Source of the DNA: Myxococcota bacterium
Lineage (GTDB): Bacteria; Myxococcota_A; UBA9160; PR03
Assembly (NCBI GenBank): GCA_041611735.1
Contig: JBFIML010000003.1
Coordinates: forward strand, 82,765-146,764
Reading direction: 5' to 3'
DNA length: 64,000 nucleotides
The notes under the pieces were generated by a model that saw only the letters and a list, made by a program, of their open reading frames with translations, was not told where the DNA came from and did no database searches. This document shows positions 1 to 9,114 of the stretch, piece by piece. Within the stretch, counting starts at the first letter, position 1. Every line of letters begins with the position of its first letter. The position numbers and the translations under genes are program-made.

Positions 1-808
1 GGCCGCGGTGCGCCATGCCGATCACGAACTCCCGGACGCCGAAATCGGGGGCAGTCTCCACCAGGCTGTCGAGCAGCGGGATCAGCGACTCGGCCCCTTC
101 CAGGGAGAAGCGCTTCTGGCCCAGGAAGCGGGTGTGGAGGAAGCGCTCGAAGAGCTCCGCCGCGGAGAGCTTCTCGAGGATCCGCAGGCGGTCTTCGAGG
201 TCGAGGGCGGTCTCGTTCTGGGTCTCCTCCATGCGCTTCTGGAGCCAGACCTTGCGTCCGGGGTCCTGGATGTGGGTGAACTCGACGCCCACGGTGCGGC
301 AGTAGGTGGCGCGCAGGCGGTCCAGGATCTCGCGCAGGGTCTGGACGGGCCCGCCGGGGAGGTCTCCGGCGATGACGGGGCGGTCCAGATCCTCGGCGCC
401 GAAGCCGTAGTGGGCCGGATCCAGCTCGGGGAAGTACGAGGCGTGGCCCCCGAGCGGGTCGAAGTCCGCCACGCGATGGCCGCGCGCCCGGTAGGAGTGG
501 ATCAGGCGCAGGACGCGCGCGTGCTTCTCGGCGTCGCGACGGTCGAGGGGGGTCTCGGGAGGGGCGGGGGCAGGCTCCGCCCGGGCAGCAGCCTCCGCGG
601 CCCGGGGCGGGGACGCTCCGGGCTCGAAGAGCTGGCGCCAGCTCGGGTCCACCGAGCTGGGGTCCACCTCGTAGCGCTGGCGGATCTCCTCCACCAGGGC
701 GGCGTTCACCCCGAAGCCGGCCAGTTCCTCCGAGTGCGGTTCGGAATCGCCTCGGGGGGGGGTCTCCTCGCGTTCGGAGGCCTGCTCTGGCCGCCCTTCG
801 GTAGGCAT
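1..808 (-). CDS. sucA: 2-oxoglutarate dehydrogenase E1 component, N-terminal part (runs off the left edge)
   Basis: Manual translation from ATG at 808 gives GVNAALVEEIRQRYEVDPSSVDPSWRQLF and VLRLIHSYRARGHRVADFDPLG, the typical SucA N-terminal motifs. Absent from the ORF track because there is no stop in the window. Confidence 0.88.
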   Translation of the reverse strand, partial: MPTEGRPEQASEREETPPRGDSEPHSEELAGFGVNAALVEEIRQRYEVDPSSVDPSWRQLFEPGASPPRAAEAAARAEPAPAPPETPLDRRDAEKHARVLRLIHSYRARGHRVADFDPLGGHASYFPELDPAHYGFGAEDLDRPVIAGDLPGGPVQTLREILDRLRATYCRTVGVEFTHIQDPGRKVWLQKRMEETQNETALDLEDRLRILEKLSAAELFERFLHTRFLGQKRFSLEGAESLIPLLDSLVETAPDFGVREFVIGMAHRG

Positions 809-1015
809 CGGGGACTCGGCTCCTCGCTCGAGCGCGGCGTCGCAGCGCCTGCCGCTCGCCTTCTCATGTGTACAACACGGTCATCGGTAGTTCCACGCCG
901 GCTCCTGAGCGGCACGCTGGCCGGCGTGAGACGGGCGAAGCCTCGGAGAGGTTCACGACGGGCCGGCGCGGGGCCGTGCTAGGCTGATTCGCCCCTGCAA
1001 GAGGCGCCGGAGGCC

Positions 1016-1405
1016 ATGGAGCCGCTCTCGCTCTTCGTGATCTGCGCCCTGATCGGAATCGTCGCGGGGACCCTGGGCGGTCTGCTCGGCGTCGGGGGTG
1101 GCGTGGTGATGGTCCCCGCCTTCCTGCGACTGCTCGGCATGCCGGCCCGGGAGGCGGTCGGCACCTCCATGGCGGTCATCCTCTTCACCGCCCTGGTGGC
1201 GGCAGGCCGCCACTATCAACTCGGCCACGTGAACCCCCGCATCGTGGCCGTGGTGGCGGGGACGGCCATGGCCGGCGGCTGGCTGGGCGCCACCTTGACC
1301 TCCCGGCTGCCAGACCGACAGCTGCGGATCCTCTTCGCCCTGTTCCTGATGGCGGTCGCCATCCAGATGCTGACGCGGGCTCTTCGGGCCGACGCATCCT
1401 CCTGA
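1016..1405 (+). CDS. Sulfite exporter TauE/SafE (TSUP) family membrane protein, half-size
   Basis: GLLGVGGGVVMVP and AVGTS motifs, about 4 TM helices, GGAGG RBS. Confidence 0.8.
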   Translation: MEPLSLFVICALIGIVAGTLGGLLGVGGGVVMVPAFLRLLGMPAREAVGTSMAVILFTALVAAGRHYQLGHVNPRIVAVVAGTAMAGGWLGATLTSRLPDRQLRILFALFLMAVAIQMLTRALRADASS

Positions 1406-1545
1406 AGGACCGAACATGGGGTGGATCTACCCCGATAGAATGCTTCTTCGCATATCTTCGATCAAGTACAACTTTTTTCATTGACGGATGGGTCGTTTCC
1501 CAGCTCTGATAGGATCCGCAGCGATCCCATGGGAGGGGCCGCCCG

Positions 1546-2400
1546 ATGCGGGTCGGGCCCCGAAGAAAAGCCTCGCGGCTCCTTGGAGCGGTGCTGGTCG
1601 CCCTGGCGGGCGCCCTCGCGCTCTCCTCGCACCCCCGGCAGACCGTCCCGTCGGACGCCGCCTCCGCCGGGGCGTCCGAGCCGCCGGGGCCGCCGGTGGT
1701 CACGGCCCTCGGACGTCTCGAACCGCGCCACGGAATCCGCCGTCTGGCCGGCCCCTCGCGGCCGGTGGCCGTCGTCGACCGGCTCCTGGTCGAGGAGGGC
1801 GACCGGGTGCAGGCGGGACAGATCGTTGCGCTCCTCGACGACGAGGCCCTGCGCGAGGCGGACATCACCCGCGCCGCGGCGCGCCTGCGCAACGCCCAGG
1901 CCGAGCTGCGCCGGCACGTGGCCCTCTACGAGGAGCGGGTCATCTCCGACGCCGCGCGGGAGAGGTTGGAGCTCGAGATGGAGCTCGCCGGCGCCCGGCT
2001 GCGAAGCGCTCACACCGAGCTGGAGCGGACGCGCGTGCGGTCGCCCGTGGACGGGCAGGTGATCGACATCCACGCCCGCGCGGGCGAGCGGGTGGGGCCC
2101 GAGGGCATCCTGGAAATCGGTGAGACGGACCAGATGTATGCCATCGCGGAGGTCTACGAGACCGATGTGGCGCGGCTGCGGCCCGGCCAGCGGGCGACCG
2201 TCCGCAGCCCGGCCCTGCCCCTGCCCCTGCAAGGCAGCATCGACCGCATCGGCCTGAAGGTGGGCAAGATGGACCAGCTCGGGACCGATCCCGCCGCCCG
2301 CACCGACGCCCGGGTCGTGGAGGTCGACGTGCGTCTCGAGGAGAGCCCCGTCGCGGCCCCGTACAGCCTGATGCAGGTGGAGGTGGTGTTCGAGCCGTGA
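1546..2400 (+). CDS. devB: DevB-like membrane fusion protein (HlyD family periplasmic adaptor)
   Basis: N-terminal TM, VTALGRLEP, LLVEEGDRVQAGQ, VRSPVDGQV, AEVYETDV, DARVVEVDVRL. Confidence 0.8.
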   Translation: MRVGPRRKASRLLGAVLVALAGALALSSHPRQTVPSDAASAGASEPPGPPVVTALGRLEPRHGIRRLAGPSRPVAVVDRLLVEEGDRVQAGQIVALLDDEALREADITRAAARLRNAQAELRRHVALYEERVISDAARERLELEMELAGARLRSAHTELERTRVRSPVDGQVIDIHARAGERVGPEGILEIGETDQMYAIAEVYETDVARLRPGQRATVRSPALPLPLQGSIDRIGLKVGKMDQLGTDPAARTDARVVEVDVRLEESPVAAPYSLMQVEVVFEP

Positions 2401-3569
2401 ACCATCCGCTCGCAACGCTCGCCAGGCTGCCGTTGGGGTGGCTGCAGCTCCGCAAGGACAAGCCACGTCTGCTGGTGGCGATCGCCGGCGTCGCCTTCGC
2501 AGTGATCCTCATCCTGATGCAGCTCGGATTCCGTGAATCCATGTTCGCGAGCGCAGTCCGCTACCACGAACACCTTCGCTACGACGTCGTCCTGCTTAGC
2601 TCCGAGACCGCCTTCATCGTCCAACCCCATCCCTTCTCCAGCCGTCGGCTCTACCAGGCGCTCGGCGCGCCCGGCGTCGCCTCCGTGGCCCCGATCTACG
2701 CGGGCCTCGGCGACTGGAGGAACCCGCACAACGGAGATCGGACCTCCATCTACGTGGTCGGTGTCCGCCCGGAAGACGACCCCCTGGAGCTGCCCGGCCT
2801 CGCGGTGCCGCTGGGGCGTACCGCCCTCGCGGACTTCGTCCTCTTCGACGAGGCTTCGCGCCCGGACTACGGCCCCATTGCAGCGGAGCTCCGCGCGGGC
2901 GGCCCCGTGACCGCCGAGCTCAACAACCGTGAAGTCTCCGTGGTGGGCCTCTTCCAGCTCGGCACCTCGTTCGGCATCTCGGGAAGCGTGATCACCAGCG
3001 ACGCCAACTTCCTGCGCTTGTTTCCGTTCCGAACCCGCGGCCTGATCGACTTCGGTCTGGTCCGCCTCCATCCCGGGGCAGACCCGGATCGGGTCCGCGA
3101 TGCGCTGCGTGCGAGCCTCCCCGGCGACGTCCTGGTCTTCACGCGCTCCGACTTCATCGCCCGCGAGCGCACCTACTGGGACACCTACACACCCATCGGA
3201 TACGTGTTCGCGTTCGGCGTGATGATCGGGCTGGTCGTCGGGTCCATCATCGTCTACCAGATCCTGTTTGCGGACGTGACAGACCACCTCCCGGAGTACG
3301 CCACCCTCAAGGCCATGGGCTACTCGGACACCTTCCTGGGCGTCGTCGTGATCCAGCAGGCTTCGATTCTCGCGACCCTGGGCTACCTGCCCGGCGTCGC
3401 CATCGCCCTCGGGCTCTACCAGACCGCGGGGCGGGCCACGCGCCTGCCCCTGGAGATGACCTGGGAGCGCGCCGCCGGCGTCTTCGTCCTCACGCTGGCC
3501 ATGTGCTCGCTCTCCGCCTTGATGGCGCTCCGCAAGGTGCGTGCGGCGGATCCCGCGGACGTGTTCTGA
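2397..3569 (+). CDS. devC: DevC-like ABC exporter permease (FtsX family)
   Basis: LGWLQLRKDKPRLLVAIAGVAFAVILILMQLGF; IVYQILFADVTDHLPEYATLKAMGY; ends ADPADVF; GTGA overlap with devB. Confidence 0.88.
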   Translation: MNHPLATLARLPLGWLQLRKDKPRLLVAIAGVAFAVILILMQLGFRESMFASAVRYHEHLRYDVVLLSSETAFIVQPHPFSSRRLYQALGAPGVASVAPIYAGLGDWRNPHNGDRTSIYVVGVRPEDDPLELPGLAVPLGRTALADFVLFDEASRPDYGPIAAELRAGGPVTAELNNREVSVVGLFQLGTSFGISGSVITSDANFLRLFPFRTRGLIDFGLVRLHPGADPDRVRDALRASLPGDVLVFTRSDFIARERTYWDTYTPIGYVFAFGVMIGLVVGSIIVYQILFADVTDHLPEYATLKAMGYSDTFLGVVVIQQASILATLGYLPGVAIALGLYQTAGRATRLPLEMTWERAAGVFVLTLAMCSLSALMALRKVRAADPADVF

Positions 3570-4903
3570 TGCACGAAGCAGCACCCATCGTGCTCCGGGG
3601 GGTCAATCACTTCTACGGAGAGGGGCCCCTGCGCAGACAGATCCTCCACGACATCAGCGTGGAGATCGACGCCGGGCAGATCGTCATCGTCACGGGCCCC
3701 TCCGGCTCCGGGAAGACGACCCTGCTGATGCTGGTCGGCGCGCTGCGATCCCCCCAGGAGGGCAGCGTGCGCGTGCTGGACCGCGAGCTGCGGGGTGCGC
3801 GGACGGACGTCCTCGAGGAGGTACGCACCCGCATCGGATACGTGTTCCAGGCCCACAATCTCCTGGATGCGTTGACGGCGCAGCAGAACGTCATGATGTC
3901 GCTGCTGCTTCATCCGGGCGTACCGCAGCGAGAAGCTCGAGCCCGGGCGGCCGAGGCGCTGTCGACGGTCTCCCTCGCCGACAAGCTGGAGGTCCGGCCG
4001 GCGCGGCTCTCCGGCGGACAGCGCCAGCGCGTGGCCATCGCCCGGGCGCTGGCGCACGGTCCGCGCATCATCCTCGCCGACGAGCCCACCGCGTCACTGG
4101 ACAAGAAGTCCGGGCGGGACGTGGCCGATTTGATCCGGCGGCTCGCCCGGGAGCACCGGGTGACCGTCCTCCTGGTCACCCATGACAATCGGATCCTCGA
4201 CATCGCCGACCGGATCCTCCATCTGGAAGACGGCCGACTCCAGTCGCTCACCGACGCGGTCCTGCTCAGCACCCAGCTCATGATGGGCACCCTGGCCGAC
4301 CACAAGCGCAAGGGCGGAATCGACCGCCAGTTGGAGGGCATGACGGACGACGACTTCCTCGCCTGGCTCGACGAGGCGACGGCGGAGTCGAAGCGCTTCC
4401 TCGAGGTGACCCGTCTCGCCCAGAGTGATGCCTTCGAGAGCATGCTGGAGCAGGTCCTGCGCGCCGCCACGTTCCGCTTTGCACGGATGGCGCAGGTGGA
4501 GCGGGCCTCCCTGTTCCTGGTCGACCCGGAGCGACGCGATCTCTTGATCAAGGTGGCCCGGGAGGAAGGAGGTCGGCCGCTGGAGGCGCGCCTGCCCATG
4601 GATCGGGGCATTGCCGGTCACGTGGCGACCAGCGGCCGCAGCCTGCGGGTGGACGACGCCTATGCGCACCCGCTCTTCAATCGGGAAGTGGACCAGCAGA
4701 CCGGCTTCCGAACCCGGACGATCCTTTGTGTCCCGATCCGGAATGCGTCGGGCGAGGTCTTCGCCGTCGCCCAGTTGTTGAACCGGATCGACGGTCGGCT
4801 CTTCGACGCGGCGGACGAGGAGCGCTTTGGCGATTTCGTGGCTTCCATCGGCGTCGTGCTCGAGAGCTGGCTCGAGATGCAGGCGCGCAGGGAGGTGGCC
4901 TGA
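3569..4903 (+). CDS. devA: DevA-like ABC ATPase fused to a C-terminal GAF domain
   Basis: ATG overlaps the devC stop (TGATG). Walker A GPSGSGKT, LSGGQRQR, ILADEPT, VTHD. C-terminus GIAGHVA...VDDAYAHPLFNREVDQQTGFRTRTILCVPI...NRIDGRLFDAADE is GAF-like. Confidence 0.88.
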   Translation: MHEAAPIVLRGVNHFYGEGPLRRQILHDISVEIDAGQIVIVTGPSGSGKTTLLMLVGALRSPQEGSVRVLDRELRGARTDVLEEVRTRIGYVFQAHNLLDALTAQQNVMMSLLLHPGVPQREARARAAEALSTVSLADKLEVRPARLSGGQRQRVAIARALAHGPRIILADEPTASLDKKSGRDVADLIRRLAREHRVTVLLVTHDNRILDIADRILHLEDGRLQSLTDAVLLSTQLMMGTLADHKRKGGIDRQLEGMTDDDFLAWLDEATAESKRFLEVTRLAQSDAFESMLEQVLRAATFRFARMAQVERASLFLVDPERRDLLIKVAREEGGRPLEARLPMDRGIAGHVATSGRSLRVDDAYAHPLFNREVDQQTGFRTRTILCVPIRNASGEVFAVAQLLNRIDGRLFDAADEERFGDFVASIGVVLESWLEMQARREVA

Positions 4904-5689
4904 GTGGATCTGGCGCAGGCGGGCAGATCGGGTCGGGCGAGCCTCGCCGCATTGGCGTCGCGTACGGAACGCACGCTCATCGTGCTCACGCTCTTCACCT
5001 ACTACTGCATCGGCTACTTCCGCATCGGGAATGGCCCGACCGACGTCGAGTACACCCTGCTCACGGCCCTCGACCGCCGGATCCCCTTCGTTCCCGAGTC
5101 GATCTTCGTCTACGCGTCGGTGTACTTCCTGCTGCTTCTCCCGCTGTTCGTGGTGCGCTGCCCGGCGCTGCTTCGCCGGGTGGCGCTGGGCTACGCGATC
5201 ACGATCGGCGTGGCGTTCGCGTCGTTCCTGGCCTGGCCCGTCACGTCGCTGGGGTTGCGGGCCGACCTGACCGCCCTCGACCCGGCGCATTTCACGACCT
5301 GGGGAATGCGCACCCTGTATGCCCTGGACCCGCCCCGGAACCTGTTTCCTTCGCTGCACGTGGCCGTGGCGGCGCTGGCGGCGCTGGCCGCTCACAAGGC
5401 AGGATCACCCTCGGCCCGCGTCGCGATTCCCTGGGTCGGGGCCATTGCCATCTCCACCTGCACGGTCAAGCAGCACTTCTGGGTCGACGGCGCAGTGGGC
5501 CTGCTGGTCGGGGCGGCGGTGTACGCGCTGTTGGTGAGGCCGTTCGCGGCGGAGACCCGGCGGCGCCACGAGATCGCCTTCCCCTGGCTCGGTCCTACCT
5601 CGTTCCTGGGCACCGTCGTGGGCGGCTATCTCGGCTTCTACGCCGCCTTCCGCCTGGGGGTGGAGCCCTGGACCTGGCTGGGGCCGTGA
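4904..5689 (+). CDS. PAP2-superfamily membrane protein (inositol phosphorylceramide synthase-like)
   Basis: Multiple TMs; DPPRNLFPSLHVA and TVKQHFWVDG motifs; directly follows the devA stop. Confidence 0.75.
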   Translation: MDLAQAGRSGRASLAALASRTERTLIVLTLFTYYCIGYFRIGNGPTDVEYTLLTALDRRIPFVPESIFVYASVYFLLLLPLFVVRCPALLRRVALGYAITIGVAFASFLAWPVTSLGLRADLTALDPAHFTTWGMRTLYALDPPRNLFPSLHVAVAALAALAAHKAGSPSARVAIPWVGAIAISTCTVKQHFWVDGAVGLLVGAAVYALLVRPFAAETRRRHEIAFPWLGPTSFLGTVVGGYLGFYAAFRLGVEPWTWLGP

Positions 5690-5701
5690 CGCGCCGCGGT
5701 C

Positions 5702-6586
5702 CTACTCCCCGGCGGCCGCCGCGGCGCGGATCTCGGCCACCACGAGCTCCGGACGCTGCATGGGGATCAGGTGCCCCGTGTCGGCGTCCACCACCTCCGC
5801 CGCGCGCATGCCGGCGGCGAGCTTCTCGTAGGCGGCGCGCGAGAAGTCCCCGTGCCGGGCCCAGAGGATCCGGGTCGGCGCCAGGACCTGGGCCGCCAGG
5901 CCGAAGACGTCCAGGCTTCCGCTGTTCTCGAAGATGGTGGCCTCCACCTCCGGCGAGCACTTGAGCGTCACCCGGCCGTCCGGCAGCTCCCGCAGCCCGT
6001 CCGCCGCGTAGGCGTCCAGGGCCTGCGGATCCCAGCCCGCAAAGAAGCGGCGTCGGGCCCAGCTGGCGCGCGCTTCGTCGCGGCTCGGCCAGATCTCCCG
6101 TCGGCGACGGGCCGTGGCGGCCAGCAGGCGGATGCGCCGCATGCGGTCGGGGTCCGGCCGCATTCCGGGCGGGAGCGGCAGCACCGGATCGAGGAGCAGC
6201 AGCCGCCCGAAGAGCTCGGGCCGCCGGGCGGCGGCGGCGAGCGTGGCGGTGCCCCCGAAGGAGTGTCCGACGCCCACCGCCACCCGGCCGTCCGGATGCT
6301 CGGCGGCGAGGCGGGCGGCCACCTCCACCAGGTCGTCCACGAAGCGGTCCCAGAGGAAGGCCCGGGTCTCCGGGGGGCGGTCCGAGTCCCCGTGGCCGCG
6401 AGCGTCGATCGCCACCACCCGATGGCGTCCCGCCAGGGCCTCGGCCACCGGCGTCCACAACCCGGCGCAGAAGCCGTTGGCATGGTGCAGGAGGACGAGA
6501 GGACCCCGATCCCCCCACTCGGCGAGGGCGAGCACGAGCCCCGCGTCGGCGAGGCGCAGGCGACGTCGACGCGGGGCCCGCGTCAT
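5702..6586 (-). CDS. Alpha/beta fold hydrolase
   Basis: HHANGF, DARGHGDS, nucleophile elbow GHSFGG, C-terminal TGHLIPMQRP; start taken at ATG 6586. Confidence 0.85.
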   Translation of the reverse strand: MTRAPRRRRLRLADAGLVLALAEWGDRGPLVLLHHANGFCAGLWTPVAEALAGRHRVVAIDARGHGDSDRPPETRAFLWDRFVDDLVEVAARLAAEHPDGRVAVGVGHSFGGTATLAAAARRPELFGRLLLLDPVLPLPPGMRPDPDRMRRIRLLAATARRRREIWPSRDEARASWARRRFFAGWDPQALDAYAADGLRELPDGRVTLKCSPEVEATIFENSGSLDVFGLAAQVLAPTRILWARHGDFSRAAYEKLAAGMRAAEVVDADTGHLIPMQRPELVVAEIRAAAAAGE

Positions 6587-6611
6587 CCGGGCTGCGAGCT
6601 GCCGACGACGC

Positions 6612-7139
6612 CTAGCGAGCGGGGGCCAGGGCGCCCGCCAGGAGCGCCGGGCGGCCGTCCACGTCGCCGACGCGGGCCAGCAGGGTCCCGTCCTCCGCGT
6701 GGGCAGCCACCGCATTCGCCTCCCGCACCAGGCGGAAGCGACGCTCGAAGCCGTCCGTACCCCGGATCGCCACGGCGATGGCGCCGTCCGCCTGGAGGGT
6801 CAGCGTCGCCTGGGAGCCATCCGGACCCTGAACCACGCGCGTGGCGCCCGCGGCGTGGGGCTGCACCGGGTTCTCCCCCGTCCAGAACTCGATCGAGTTG
6901 GTGATCAACGCGTCGATCCAAGCTGCCAGCCCGTAGATCGGAATCACGTTCAGCACCAGGAAGACGAACCAGCGCATCCACTTGTCGGGGCTCACCTGCT
7001 GGTTGAAGTGGTAGACGTTGCGCACCAGCTGGAAGCGCCCGAAGCACCCCACCGTGGCGAGCGGCAGGAAGGCCAGGAGCAGCCCCGCCCCGGCGAACCG
7101 CCGCCAGGCGTTCGATCCGAGCCAGCCGTTCTCGTGCAT
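6612..7139 (-). CDS. DUF3332-family protein (possible lipoprotein)
   Basis: Signal peptide ending VGC; GCFGRFQL, PIYG...DALITNSIEFWTGENP. Confidence 0.75.
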   Translation of the reverse strand: MHENGWLGSNAWRRFAGAGLLLAFLPLATVGCFGRFQLVRNVYHFNQQVSPDKWMRWFVFLVLNVIPIYGLAAWIDALITNSIEFWTGENPVQPHAAGATRVVQGPDGSQATLTLQADGAIAVAIRGTDGFERRFRLVREANAVAAHAEDGTLLARVGDVDGRPALLAGALAPAR

Positions 7140-7249
7140 CGCGATCCCCCCTTTTCCTTCGTGGGCGGGCGCAGTCTACCACTCCGGGTGCGGTCGGCTG
7201 CCCCGCTGGGAAGCGGCGTCCCGCCCCGCGCCGTGGTTCACTGGTGGGC

Positions 7250-8098
7250 ATGGGCAGGGCAGCGCGCCGTGGGGCCGGGGCCCAACCCCGGGGCCCGTAT
7301 CTCGCCGGCGCCTTGCGCGCCGAGTTCGACGCCTGGCTCGCCGCGACCGTGGCGCGCTTCGTGCCGCCCCTCGTTTTCCGGGAGGTGCGCAAGGGGGTCC
7401 AGGCCCTCTCGTCCCTGTACGTGGAGCGGCGCGGCGAGGGGGAGCTGGCAGCCCGGGCCCGGTCGGGGAGTGGAAAGCGGGCGGCGCTGGCCACCTACTA
7501 CGCGCCGCTCCACTTTCTGGCCGTACACCACGCCCTGGCCCGCATCGGACCGGCGCGGCTCGGCGTCGTGGAGCGCCTGATCGACCTGGGCTGCGGCACG
7601 GGAGCGGCGGGGGCCGCCGTGGCCTGCGCTTTCGAGAAACGCCCCGAGACGCTGGCCGTGGACTGCTCCGGCTTCGCCCTGGCGGAGGCTCGACGCACCC
7701 ACGCGGCCTTCCGCATCCCGGCCCGCACGCGCCGCGGTGCGCTTCCGGGCGCCGCATCCACGCCGCGCCCGGGCGAGCTGGTGTTCCTGGGCTGGACCGT
7801 GAACGAGCTCGACGACGCCGAACGCCGGGAGCTCCTGACGACGCTGGCGGCGGGCCTCGCGGCGGGAGCTCGGCTGCTGGTGGTGGAGCCCCTGGCGGGA
7901 CGCGTCGCTCCCTGGTGGCCGGCCTGGCGGGAGCACCTGGCCCCGCTCCGGGTCCAGGAGCATCGGATCAAGCTGCGGCTGGTGCTTCCGGAGTGGATCG
8001 CGCGGCTCGACCGGGCGGCAGGCCTCGACCACGGGGAGCTCGGGGCGCGGTTGCTGGCCGGACCGCTCCGGCCCGACGCGTCCGGGTCGCCGTCCTGA
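7250..8098 (+). CDS. Class I SAM-dependent methyltransferase (Rsm22-like)
   Basis: ALATYYAP, IDLGCGTG, NEL, LLVVEP motifs; start 7244 or 7250. Confidence 0.7.
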   Translation: MGRAARRGAGAQPRGPYLAGALRAEFDAWLAATVARFVPPLVFREVRKGVQALSSLYVERRGEGELAARARSGSGKRAALATYYAPLHFLAVHHALARIGPARLGVVERLIDLGCGTGAAGAAVACAFEKRPETLAVDCSGFALAEARRTHAAFRIPARTRRGALPGAASTPRPGELVFLGWTVNELDDAERRELLTTLAAGLAAGARLLVVEPLAGRVAPWWPAWREHLAPLRVQEHRIKLRLVLPEWIARLDRAAGLDHGELGARLLAGPLRPDASGSPS

Positions 8099-9105
8099 GC
8101 CCGGCGCCGTTCGTCTCCGTGCTGCTCCCGGCCCGCGACGCCGCCGCAACGCTCCCGGCCTGCCTCGCCAGCGTGCGGCGCCAGAGCGAGACCCGCTTCG
8201 AGTGCGTGGTGGTGGACGACGGCTCGCGCGACGCCACCCGGGCCCGCGCCCGGGCGGTGGCGGCGTGCGACCCGCGCTTCCGGGTGATCGCCCAGCCGGC
8301 CCGCGGCCTGGTCCCGGCGCTCCAGGCCGGCCTGGCCCGCTGCCGGGGCCGCTACGTGGCGCGCATGGACGCCGACGACGTCATGCACCGACGCCGCCTG
8401 GAGCTCCAGGCGGCCGCCCTCGAGGCGGCCCCCCGGCTGGCCGGCGTCGGCTGCCACGTGCGGGTCTTTCCGCGCCGCGAGCTGCGCGACGGCCTGCGCG
8501 ACTACGAGCGCTGGCTGCGCGGCATCGACTCCCCGCGCCGCGTGCGGGAGGAGGCCTTCGTCGAGTGTCCCCTGCCGCACCCCACCTGGATGCTGCGCCG
8601 CGACGTCCTCGCCACGGTGGGCTACCGGGATGCGGGCTGGCCCGAGGACTACGACCTCCTGCTGCGGCTCCTGCAACGCGGCGGAGAGCTGGGCGTGGTG
8701 CCTCGCCGCCTGCTGGCCTGGCGCGACCGGCCCGAGCGCCTGTGGCGAACGAGCGGCGCCTACTCCCCGCTGCGCTTCCTGGCCTGCAAGGCCGCCTTCC
8801 TGGCCCAGGGGTTGTTGGCACGCGACGAGCGCTACGTCCTGTGGGGCTACGGCGAGACGGGCAAGGCGCTGCGCCGGGCGCTGCTCGCTCACGGCAAGCG
8901 CCCGGCCTGGATCGTGGAGCTCCATCCCGGGCGCCTGGGCGAGCACATCCACGGGGCTCCGGTGGTGCGCCCCGAGCGCCTGCCGGGCCTGCCCCGCCAT
9001 CCGATCGTGGCGGCGGTCGCGGGGAGCTTCGCGCGCGGCGAGATCCGCGGGATGCTCGCCCGCCTCGGCTTCCGGGAGCTGGTGGACTTCGTGTGCGCCG
9101 CCTGA
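8095..9105 (+). CDS. Glycosyltransferase family 2 with C-terminal Rossmann-like segment
   Basis: VSVLLPARD, VVDDGSRD, ARMDADD, PEDYDL, VLWGYGETGK. Start uncertain: CTG 8095 overlapping the upstream stop, or GTG 8119. Confidence 0.85.
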   Translation: MSPAPFVSVLLPARDAAATLPACLASVRRQSETRFECVVVDDGSRDATRARARAVAACDPRFRVIAQPARGLVPALQAGLARCRGRYVARMDADDVMHRRRLELQAAALEAAPRLAGVGCHVRVFPRRELRDGLRDYERWLRGIDSPRRVREEAFVECPLPHPTWMLRRDVLATVGYRDAGWPEDYDLLLRLLQRGGELGVVPRRLLAWRDRPERLWRTSGAYSPLRFLACKAAFLAQGLLARDERYVLWGYGETGKALRRALLAHGKRPAWIVELHPGRLGEHIHGAPVVRPERLPGLPRHPIVAAVAGSFARGEIRGMLARLGFRELVDFVCAA

Positions 9106-9114
9106 CGCGGCGGC

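Noticed and set aside
8-982. 324-aa plus-strand ORF
   Set aside because: Antisense to the sucA N-terminus, which has clear family motifs
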